Part shown: positions 27,870 through 35,711 of the stretch, piece after piece
Layout: every line of letters starts with the position of its first letter
How positions within the stretch are numbered: position 1 is the first letter of the stretch
DNA from: Deltaproteobacteria bacterium
Lineage (GTDB): Bacteria > Desulfobacterota > Desulfobulbia > Desulfobulbales > SURF-16
NCBI GenBank assembly: GCA_029933005.1
Contig: JAOZOY010000002.1
Span: forward strand, 22,694 to 86,693
DNA: 64,000 nucleotides
Direction: 5' to 3'
Notes under the pieces: generated by a model
What the model saw: only the letters and a program-made list of their open reading frames with translations
The model's database searches: none
What the model was told of the DNA's origin: nothing
Program-made: the position numbers and the translations under genes

Positions 27870-30341
27870 ATGTTACTCAATACACTTTTCAAGCATTGGT
27901 CGTACCGGTTATTTGCTCCGGGAACGATTATGCGTGAAAAGTACGAGGCGTTTAAACTCCTGCTGCACTACGATGTGCTTTGCCATGAGCAGATGGCGGA
28001 GATTCAGGATCTTTTTTATGGTGATCACCATGAGGATCTCTGCCGCATTCGTAAGCGTTTCACCCTTTTTTCCGAGCAGGTTGCCGGCATGATAGCCAGT
28101 CTCGAAACAATGGCTCCGGTAACCTATGTATCTCTTAAGGAGTATCATAAAAAATTTAATTTCTATATATGTTTTTTGCTGGCATCACCTGAAATTGATT
28201 TCTCACCTCCCTTTGTAGTTCCCCTTGCCAAAATAAATCCAGCCAACAAAAATATCGGCAATAAGGCAAAGAATCTCGCTATTCTGAAAAATGAACTTGG
28301 CGCTCCTGTGCCTCATGGTTTTGCGGTGACAGCCAATGCTTTTCATTATCTTCTCGAATACAACAATCTGCGTGGAGAAATTGATGATTTGCTCTCGGAA
28401 CTTAATATCGACTCATCCCACTCCCTGAACGTGATTTCCGGACAGTTACAAAAGCATATCCGAACAGCTGAGATGGTGCCGGACATCGAGATGGCCATGT
28501 ATGCCGCTTATGATGATCTGGAACAGGCGGTAAGCAGGCCGCTGACCATTGCTGTCCGCAGCAGTGCAATCAGTGAAGATGGCGAGTGTTCTTTTGCCGG
28601 TCAGTATGAAAGTATCCTTGGTGTAACCAAAGAAAAACTTATTGGAGCTTATCTGGAGGTAATGGCCTCAAAATATTCTCCTACTGCTCTTTGTTATCGT
28701 ATCAGAAACGGTTTGAGCGATGAAGAAACAGCCATGTCCGTGCTGATGTTGGAAATGGTTTCGGCAAAAAGTAGTGGCGTTCTCTATACCCGTGCTCCGC
28801 TGCAGGAAGCCGGGGAGAGCGATAAGCTTCAACTCCACGTTATCCGCGGATTTGGTGAAGCCTTGGTTGGTGGCGCAGCAATACCTGATCAGTATGTTAT
28901 GACAAGGGAGGAACATCCCAGGATTCTGAGCAGGAAGGAGCAGCACTCAGTTATTACGGAAAAACAGGTAGAGGTTATTGGCCGCTGGGGAATGAATATT
29001 GAAAAGTATTTTCAAACTACCCAGGATATTGAGTGGGCAATCGATACTGACGATAATCTTTATTTTTTGCAATCCAGACCTTTGCATATTTCCGCAGTAA
29101 TGGAAGCTCCCCGGAAAGCGACGGGAGAGGAGGAAAATCTTGTTGTTTTACTTGATGGTTGTGAAAGGGCGGCAGGCGGCGTTGCTGCCGGAGCGGTTTA
29201 CAGGCTTGATGACAACCATAAGCTGGAAGATATTCCCCTCGGAGCTGTGCTTGTAACCCGTAATACACCGCCAAGCTATGTACAGGTTATCAATCGGCTT
29301 GCTGCAGTCATTGCCGAGCGAGGTAGTCGGGCAAGCCATTTTGCCACTGTGGCCCGCGAATTTGGTGTGCCTTTCCTGGCGGGAACCGGCAGTGCCGCGC
29401 AATCCTTCGTACATGACAGCCAGATAACGGTTGACGGGGATCAGGGTGCAGTTTACCAGGGGAAAATCGAATCATTGATCCGTAAGGATACTGATCATTT
29501 AGAAAAAGACAGGTACTATCGAACCCTTAAAGAGGTTTTAAATTTTATTACGCCCCTTGAGCTTGTTGATCCGGCAGGGAAAAATTTTACGCCGGAAGGC
29601 TGCCGTTCCATGCACGATATTATCCGATTTTGTCACGAAAAGGCGGTGCAGGCGATGTTTTCTTCGGCCAGGCCGGGATCGGGACGCGGATCCTTGAAAC
29701 TGGTCGCTGATGTGCCCCTTGATGTGTTTTTATTTGATGTGGGGGGCGGAATTACTGCAGGGATACAGGAGGGAGGTTCCGTGCCGCTTGCCGGAATCAC
29801 ATCCGTGCCCTTTCAAGCTTTGTGGCGAGGTCTTGGCCACCCTGATGTGCAGTGGAAGCAGAAACCATTTGACTGGGATGCCTATGACAAGGTTGAACTG
29901 GCCGGCGGCATACCACCGGCTCGAGACAGCTTCGCCTTTTCAAGTTACGCCGTGATCGGTTTTGATTATCTCCATTTTAATATTCGTTTTGGCTATCATT
30001 TTACCATTGTCGATGTCCTATGCGGCAAAAATTCTGCGGAAAATCATTGCATGCTGCGTTTTGCCGGCGGAGGCGGCGATTTTGGTCATCGTTCGTTGAG
30101 AATAGATTTTATTACACGCATTCTTGAGCAGCTTGAATTTACAGTGGAAAAAAAGGGGGATATGCTTGAAGCTCGGCTTTCGAGCATGGAGAGCAGGGTT
30201 ATGCAGCATAAACTCGATATGCTTGGGCGTCTGCTTGGAGCTACCAAGTTGATGGACATGGTTCTTGAAGACGAGCAGATGGTGTCCCAGTGTGTTGATG
30301 ATTTTTTCAGTGGCCGTTATTCTTTTTCCCAGGAAGGGTGA
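27870..30341 (+). CDS. PEP/pyruvate-binding (PpsA-like) phosphotransferase family protein
   Basis: ATP-grasp PPDK_N-type region (GNKAKNL...VAVRSSA..ED...SFAGQ) and a swivel phospho-His domain (ERGSRASHFATVAREFGVPF). The C-terminal ~280 aa did not match the canonical PEP-binding barrel motifs I know. Confidence 0.8.
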   Translation: MLLNTLFKHWSYRLFAPGTIMREKYEAFKLLLHYDVLCHEQMAEIQDLFYGDHHEDLCRIRKRFTLFSEQVAGMIASLETMAPVTYVSLKEYHKKFNFYICFLLASPEIDFSPPFVVPLAKINPANKNIGNKAKNLAILKNELGAPVPHGFAVTANAFHYLLEYNNLRGEIDDLLSELNIDSSHSLNVISGQLQKHIRTAEMVPDIEMAMYAAYDDLEQAVSRPLTIAVRSSAISEDGECSFAGQYESILGVTKEKLIGAYLEVMASKYSPTALCYRIRNGLSDEETAMSVLMLEMVSAKSSGVLYTRAPLQEAGESDKLQLHVIRGFGEALVGGAAIPDQYVMTREEHPRILSRKEQHSVITEKQVEVIGRWGMNIEKYFQTTQDIEWAIDTDDNLYFLQSRPLHISAVMEAPRKATGEEENLVVLLDGCERAAGGVAAGAVYRLDDNHKLEDIPLGAVLVTRNTPPSYVQVINRLAAVIAERGSRASHFATVAREFGVPFLAGTGSAAQSFVHDSQITVDGDQGAVYQGKIESLIRKDTDHLEKDRYYRTLKEVLNFITPLELVDPAGKNFTPEGCRSMHDIIRFCHEKAVQAMFSSARPGSGRGSLKLVADVPLDVFLFDVGGGITAGIQEGGSVPLAGITSVPFQALWRGLGHPDVQWKQKPFDWDAYDKVELAGGIPPARDSFAFSSYAVIGFDYLHFNIRFGYHFTIVDVLCGKNSAENHCMLRFAGGGGDFGHRSLRIDFITRILEQLEFTVEKKGDMLEARLSSMESRVMQHKLDMLGRLLGATKLMDMVLEDEQMVSQCVDDFFSGRYSFSQEG

Positions 30342-30461
30342 AAATTGATGAAACGAATTTTGTAACTGTTCAGGTAGGACTATCAGCTACCATTAAACTT
30401 GTGACTCTGTATGGGGTGATCGATTCAAAATAAGAAGTCTTGTTTTGGGCGCAGGTTTTTA

Positions 30462-30491
30462 GGCCCGTCTCAAATTGAGGCGGGCTTTTTT
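30462..30491 (+). terminator. rho-independent terminator after the PpsA-like gene
   Basis: GGCCCGTCTC-aaatt-GAGGCGGGC followed by T6. Confidence 0.7.
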
Positions 30492-30568
30492 GTGGCCTAA
30501 AAATTTTAACTTTTTAACCTAACTTTGTGCGAATAATTCTCAAAGATTGCGTAACTATCTAATTTTTT

Positions 30569-30725
30569 GTATACGTTCACCTGCACCTCACGGAGTCTAC
30601 GCTTACCTGACCTGCTCGAATAGCACCAGTATGCTTCGCTAGCCTGAAAGAAGGAATCTAAGGCACTGGTAAACGTTTACAAGGGCTGTGTTTCCCATAA
30701 ATTAGTGACCCCGGTGAACGGTTAC
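30569..30725. mobile_element. hairpin MITE copy A2
   Basis: Collinear with A1 (GTATACGTTCACC...GGTGAACGGTTAC), but with a deletion of about 19 nt in the 3' arm. No intact flanking duplication (AATTTTTT upstream, AGTGCAAG downstream). Confidence 0.65.
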
Positions 30726-30932
30726 AGTGCAAGAATGGCAACACGGTTCATGTCAGAAAAAGTACACGAACCAACCAAAGCAACAGGAGATATATTCTGC
30801 CCTGAGAGTACAGAATCATCCCGGTCAGACGATAAAGACGACAATATGAAACAAAATGAAAGATGTAGTGCCATAACGACACCTGCTGACAGCGTAACTT
30901 GCTGTTATTACTGAAATTCGTAATCTGAAGCC

Positions 30933-31085
30933 ATAAATATTCGGCTTGTGTGAAAAAGTTTCAAAAAACTCGGCCTGTAAATGTTTGGATAGTGCCCAAG
31001 TTCGTTCAAGTCGCCTTGCGAGCTATATTAGTCATATGTGAGTAAGGCGAATCGGACGAAATTTGGGTGCTAGCCGAATATTTAC
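30933..31085. mobile_element. hairpin MITE copy B2
   Basis: Termini are ATAAATATTCGGC and GCCGAATATTTAC. Flanks are CTGAAGCC and CTAAAGCC (7/8); similarity continues into ...CCATAAA, so the boundary is ambiguous. Apex is CTATATTAGTCATATGTGAG. Confidence 0.65.
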
Positions 31086-31455
31086 CTAAAGCCATAAAGT
31101 TAGGTTAAGGGAGCATCAAAGTTTGGCAATGAAATTTCTGGATTTTACTTATCACCTGAAGAGTTCAGACAAAAAGCCGCCGGGAGAGATGCAACTTTAT
31201 GTGAAAAAAATAATGCAGCAAATAGGACGCGTTATTTTTATCGTATTTTCAATAGGTTGTCGGTTGGAGATGTTTTTATTTGTTTTTGTCAAGCAACATT
31301 TGAGATGCGCTTATTCAGTGTCTCAGGAAAAAAAGAGGATGTGGAAAAATAAGGTTTGTTTGTTGAATTTGGATAGAAGAATTAACCTATTGTTTTTATT
31401 TAAAATTTAAGATAATTACAATAAAAATTTATTTTAAAGTCTATTAAGTCGGGAT

Positions 31456-31471
31456 TGGCATGATATCTGCG
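31456..31471 (+). promoter_or_regulatory. sigma-54 (-24/-12) promoter with no downstream ORF
   Basis: TGGCATGATATCTGCG: GG at 31457-58 and GC at 31469-70 are separated by exactly 10 nt, and 13 of the 15 defined positions of TGGCAC-N5-TTGC fit. Confidence 0.45.
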
Positions 31472-31482
31472 ATCAATGATCA

Positions 31483-31657
31483 ATAGAATGTAGAAAGACG
31501 CTGAGATAATGTTTTTTCCTCCTTGTTAAAACTCTTGTCTTCCTCCATTCTCCATGGTCCTGAGACGTGAGGGGCAGTTGTTGTATATTGTAGTTCTTTT
31601 GAAGCGTGGTTCATCTTTTGGCATTTCTTTGAAATACCCCTCACGTCTTATTTTTTG
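31483..31657 (+). ncRNA. candidate sigma-54-dependent sRNA (unit 1)
   Basis: Lies between the sigma-54 promoter and a 12-bp perfect stem (AGACGTGAGGGG 31563-74 / CCCCTCACGTCT 31637-48) followed by TATTTTTT. Contains no ORF. Contains the CU-rich stretches UUUUCCUCCUUG and CUUCCUCCAUUCUCC. Confidence 0.35.
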
Positions 31658-31715
31658 AATATCAAAGATATACCGCAGATTTGAGTTCAAGTTCTTTTAC
31701 AGGATAAATTCTACG

Positions 31716-31803
31716 ATTTTTTTGGGTGAACGGTCATGTTCCTCCTTGCCTGGGATCTCTCTCTCTCATGCCTTGCAAGATGACCGTTTGCCTGAATTTT
31801 TTT
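31716..31803 (+). ncRNA. candidate sRNA (unit 2) sharing the UUCCUCCUUG seed
   Basis: A 17-bp stem (31721-37 / 31780-96) includes 4 G-U pairs that can form only in the plus-strand RNA, followed immediately by T7. The loop carries GUUCCUCCUUGCC. A possible TTGAGT-N17-ATAAAT promoter lies at 31681-31709 (weak). Confidence 0.3.
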
Positions 31804-31990
31804 GAGCCCTCTCTTTTTTTCTGCTTTCTTTCCTACCGTATCACAATTTTCTAATGTCAATTTAGTCAGTTATCTTGTCACTATTTGAGTTCCCGTGTGA
31901 ATTCCAATTATAGTGAAGTTAAACAAATTCCTGGGAACTGGTACATAGTTATGAACATTATTTGTAACTGTTCAATAAATGGTGGCAATC

Positions 31991-32030
31991 AAAAAACAAA
32001 TCCCCCTCAATACCCTTTTTTTAAGGGGGA
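31991..32030 (-). terminator. rho-independent terminator ending the minus-strand signalling operon
   Basis: On the minus strand: UCCCCCU-loop-AGGGGGA followed by UUUGUUUUUU. Confidence 0.7.
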
Positions 32031-32046
32031 AGTTGTCGCTACGCTG

Positions 32047-32229
32047 TCAGCGGCCATCTAAAACCAGCACTTCCCCAACCATCTGAAATTGTCTATTTTT
32101 TTCTTCTGTTGTTGAGGTTTTCTTTCGATCTTCTTCCATTTTGAGTCGATCATCAGTCATGGAGGTTGTGACTGATGGACCCAAAAAACTCAAAGAGTAA
32201 CATACGCCACCACTTATTGAAGTTACCAT
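32047..32229 (-). CDS. possible 60-aa protein translationally coupled to the upstream HD-GYP gene
   Basis: The ATG overlaps the HD-GYP stop (TAATG), and the ORF ends just before the operon terminator. No similarity recognised; composition is low-complexity. Confidence 0.3.
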   Translation of the reverse strand: MVTSISGGVCYSLSFLGPSVTTSMTDDRLKMEEDRKKTSTTEEKNRQFQMVGEVLVLDGR

Positions 32230-34109
32230 TATTTCACAAATCTAAAGAGTTTTTTTCTCTGAGTTTTCGCGGTATCCGTGATAGGCGTTTTTTTCAATGA
32301 ATGTTGGCTTGCCGTGGATCGTAAGTTTGGATAATCCGTAAAGAGGTGTCTGTCTTTCAGTTTTTTCCAATCCATGAAATTCGGGGAAGATAGGGCAAGA
32401 GGTTTTTTGTCTTCATATGTTTTTTTAATTTTTTGAAATTCTTTTTCTCTGGCAAGAAAGGCTTCAACAACGTCAGGATCAAAATGTCTGCCCTTTTCTT
32501 CAACAATAACCGCTAATGCTTTCTGGTGGGAAAAGGATTCCTTGTAAGTCCGTTTAGAAGTCAGGGCATCATAGACGTCGGCGAGGGAAACGATTCTTGA
32601 TGATAATGGAATTTCTTCTCCATTCAGACCTTGGGGATAGCCGGAGCCATCCCATTTTTCATGATGGAAATAGGCGATTGTTTTGCCCATGGTCAGAAAT
32701 GACGGGCCGGGAACCTGTCCCTCAATCGCCTTTATAGTGTCGCCGCCAAGCAGGGTATGCTGTTGAATGATTTCAATTTCATCGGGAGTTAATCGGTCCG
32801 CTTTTAACAGGAGATTATCCGGGATGCCGACTTTGCCGATATCATGAAGAATGGAAGACATGTAAATATCTTCAATAAACCGAGTTGAAATATAATCATG
32901 ATATTTTGGCTTTAAGGCCAGTTCCGTGGCGAGTATGCGGCAGAATTCCCTGATTCTCTCCAGATGGTTACCGGAGTTGATATCACGGTATTCCGCCAGG
33001 TTGGCCAAGGAAAGAATTGTTGCGGAGCGGGTTTCCTGCACCCTTGTAAAGGATGCCAGTAACTCTGTTTCCAGCTTTTTTCTGTCTGTGATATCCCTGA
33101 CCAGCATCTGGTATCCAACCAGTGCTTGATCCTTATAAATAGTTGTGGCATTACATTCGACATCAATGATCTGTTTCTGCTTGTTGATGAATCTGAATTG
33201 CAGCCCAGTGACGTTTCGGCCGTCCTGTAACTGTTGTAGAAGAGAGCGCAGCACAGTCTCCTGGTCATCCGGATGGACAAATTCTAGAATGAGATCCCCC
33301 GCTTTTTCATGAGCCGGATCTCCCATGGTTTCGTAGAAACGGGGATTGGCCATGACAATTTTGCCGTCGCGGTCCGTGAGGATGACATCATCACTGATGT
33401 TTTCGTACAGCTTTTGGTAGCGAATTTCAGATTTTTTCAGTTCTTTCGTTCTGTTGGCAACCTCTTCCTCAAGATGATCCGCATGGTAGGAAAGTTGAGC
33501 GGCAAGAGCGTCCTCCTTCATTCGCATATTAAATTCTCTTTTTCTGGCTCGGGACTCTTCCAGGCATTTGACAATAATGATAAGAAGAAAAGAGACGAAG
33601 AAAAAAGTGTTATTGAAAAGTATTTTTAGGTTTGAAGGTGTGAGCTGGTTGTAAATAAAAATCGGTGCCAGGTAAAAAGAATAGACCAGAATCCCTGTTC
33701 CAGCAGCTTGGTATGGATTTAAGGGTAAAATAACGGCACAGACAACAAGAACCATGACCATCCCGATATAATATGAAGAGGTAATACCGCCAAGTTTGAT
33801 GATCATGATTGATATTGTCAGTGCCGAGATAGCATAGGCTGTTATGGCAGTGGAAAAGGGTTGTCTGCGCGAGAAGGAGGTTCTGTTTGCGATATAAATA
33901 CCAAGAAGCGAGAGAGAACACAGAATTCGCAGGATGAAAAAAGACGTGAAGAGTGAGGGGGCTACAACATAATCAAGAATGGAAAAACAAGGAAAGAGAA
34001 AAGCCCCGAACAGAACAGTGGTATTGATTCGTTGATGGAGGAGGGTTCGGGTTTCCTCCTGGTATTTCTGTAGATTGGCGGAAGAGATTTTTTCCATGAT
34101 CAGTCGCAA
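32229..34109 (-). CDS. membrane (6-TM) PAS-domain HD-GYP phosphodiesterase, copy 1
   Basis: N-terminal 6 hydrophobic helices, a coiled coil, a PAS domain, then HDIGKVGIPD ... HHEKWDGSGYPQGL (HD-GYP). Confidence 0.85.
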   Translation of the reverse strand: MRLIMEKISSANLQKYQEETRTLLHQRINTTVLFGAFLFPCFSILDYVVAPSLFTSFFILRILCSLSLLGIYIANRTSFSRRQPFSTAITAYAISALTISIMIIKLGGITSSYYIGMVMVLVVCAVILPLNPYQAAGTGILVYSFYLAPIFIYNQLTPSNLKILFNNTFFFVSFLLIIIVKCLEESRARKREFNMRMKEDALAAQLSYHADHLEEEVANRTKELKKSEIRYQKLYENISDDVILTDRDGKIVMANPRFYETMGDPAHEKAGDLILEFVHPDDQETVLRSLLQQLQDGRNVTGLQFRFINKQKQIIDVECNATTIYKDQALVGYQMLVRDITDRKKLETELLASFTRVQETRSATILSLANLAEYRDINSGNHLERIREFCRILATELALKPKYHDYISTRFIEDIYMSSILHDIGKVGIPDNLLLKADRLTPDEIEIIQQHTLLGGDTIKAIEGQVPGPSFLTMGKTIAYFHHEKWDGSGYPQGLNGEEIPLSSRIVSLADVYDALTSKRTYKESFSHQKALAVIVEEKGRHFDPDVVEAFLAREKEFQKIKKTYEDKKPLALSSPNFMDWKKLKDRHLFTDYPNLRSTASQHSLKKTPITDTAKTQRKKLFRFVK

Positions 34110-34148
34110 TAGTTCGCCGGGGCAATAAATCTTGGTTAATTCTTACGA

Positions 34149-35711
34149 TCAGTCTGGTCTGACCGCCTTTACGAAGAGATTCACTCCCTGCTTTTCCGAC
34201 AGGATTTCGATCTTGTCGGCAAAAGGGCTTTGGGAAAAGATGGCTGTCAGGTCTTCCCGATTGCGATAATGCAGGCGCCATTGGAGGATATGGTCCATAA
34301 ATGGCTGATCCGGATTAGGAGAGAAGTTGCCGACAATGAGAACGCCTCCTGGTTTTAATTGATGATAGCAGCGGGTAATAAAGGCGACAAAGAGTTTATC
34401 TTCCAAATAATCGGTCAAGCCGGCTGAATAGATAATATCCTGCAGACGCATATTATGATTGACCCTTCCCAGAGACCATTTAACCAGATTTTCATTCATC
34501 AGACGGATAGAGGCATTGTGGGGAAAGGTGTTCACATGCTTATTGGTGTATTGCAGAGCCTCTGAGTCAATATCAATGCAGAGTGCCTCGATGGCTTCAG
34601 TGTAGTCGCATTGTCTTAAAAAATCGAAGAGTTCCTGGTTTGGTCCGCAGGCAAGATTCATAATATTGATGATATGGCCTTTTTTGTATTTTTTGTTGCT
34701 GATTTCGGCCAGCTGTCTGCTTAGCAGTTTTCTCCTGCCGCGGATTGCCTTGGAGCCAATGGAATTGAGACACCACTCATCGACAATCACACCGAGTTTC
34801 CCATCTCCGGCCGGTTTGTTCTGGTAAATTTTTTCGATCATCAGGAAGTCACCGGCATAACCTTTGGGCTTGAAATAGACCCGTTCGGCAAAACGACTTC
34901 GCATAAAATAAGGATAAATCTCCTTGAACAGGTAGCCCCAGGCGTAATTTTCCTCATCAAGGTTTTGAATTTCCTTTTTCAGGTTGAGTATCTGGACATA
35001 AAACTGATTCAGGATATTGAGGCACTGCTCCCGGACCTCTTCAGCAATGGCGGTGGATGAGTCTTCCTGCAACCGGTAGGAGATGTTGTACATTTTTCCT
35101 TTGAAATCTTCAACGATTCGATTGACGGAACGCCAGGCCGCTGTTTCGAAAAATTTTTCCGGTAAGGGAGCCGAGTCTTCGTATTTGTCTTTTTTCCTGG
35201 TTGACAGCGAGGCCCCATAAGCCCTGAGAGGTTCCCGCTCTTCCAGAATACGACGGAATTTGATGCAGATTCCCCGGGTGAGCAGATCAAGAAAATAGCC
35301 GTAAAGTAGCGGATTTTCTTTCTGCATGCATTTCATGGTTGATTGATCGAAAACCCTGATTTCGGCATCTTCCGTTATTCGAATGTCACGAACCCGTGAT
35401 CCGCCGTCAAAATAGCCGATTTCACCGAAAAAGTTTCCGGAGCCGATCAGGGCAACGGTTATTTTCGTGTCATGGGCCGTATGGGAAACCTCAATGGAAC
35501 CTTTTTTGACATAATAAAAGGCAGGTTTTTCCGAGTTTTTGGGACGGAATTCCTCTCCAGTCAGAAAGAACAGTGTCCTTGAAAAAGGCAGAACCTCTTC
35601 AACGAGTTGGTCAGGCAGACCTCTCAGAAAATTCAACTCACCGCTACTGGACATTGTTTTATTATTGATTCTATCTTTCTGCGCCGTTTGCATGAAAAAC
35701 TCCTTTGCCAT
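34149..35711 (-). CDS. cyclic-nucleotide-binding domain / class I SAM methyltransferase fusion, copy 1
   Basis: CAP_ED-type motif FFGEIGYFDGGSRVRDIRI near the N-terminus. The C-terminal half has MTase motif I (INIMNLACGPNQEL) and a post-I acidic residue (CIDID). Its start abuts the stop of the upstream HD-GYP gene (35711/35712). Confidence 0.8.
   Translation of the reverse strand: MAKEFFMQTAQKDRINNKTMSSSGELNFLRGLPDQLVEEVLPFSRTLFFLTGEEFRPKNSEKPAFYYVKKGSIEVSHTAHDTKITVALIGSGNFFGEIGYFDGGSRVRDIRITEDAEIRVFDQSTMKCMQKENPLLYGYFLDLLTRGICIKFRRILEEREPLRAYGASLSTRKKDKYEDSAPLPEKFFETAAWRSVNRIVEDFKGKMYNISYRLQEDSSTAIAEEVREQCLNILNQFYVQILNLKKEIQNLDEENYAWGYLFKEIYPYFMRSRFAERVYFKPKGYAGDFLMIEKIYQNKPAGDGKLGVIVDEWCLNSIGSKAIRGRRKLLSRQLAEISNKKYKKGHIINIMNLACGPNQELFDFLRQCDYTEAIEALCIDIDSEALQYTNKHVNTFPHNASIRLMNENLVKWSLGRVNHNMRLQDIIYSAGLTDYLEDKLFVAFITRCYHQLKPGGVLIVGNFSPNPDQPFMDHILQWRLHYRNREDLTAIFSQSPFADKIEILSEKQGVNLFVKAVRPD

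Noticed and set aside
30705-31410. ORFs 30705..30914 (69 aa) and 31123..31410 (95 aa)
   Set aside because: The first starts inside MITE A2. The second is AT-rich and low-complexity, with no SD sequence. Neither has recognisable similarity.
31712-31738. Minus-strand mini-ORF MTVHPKKS behind a strong AAGGAGG
   Set aside because: It is only 8 codons with no downstream gene on that strand. The T-runs and G-U pairs show the hairpins are plus-strand terminators, so the apparent SD sequence is better read as a plus-strand anti-SD seed.
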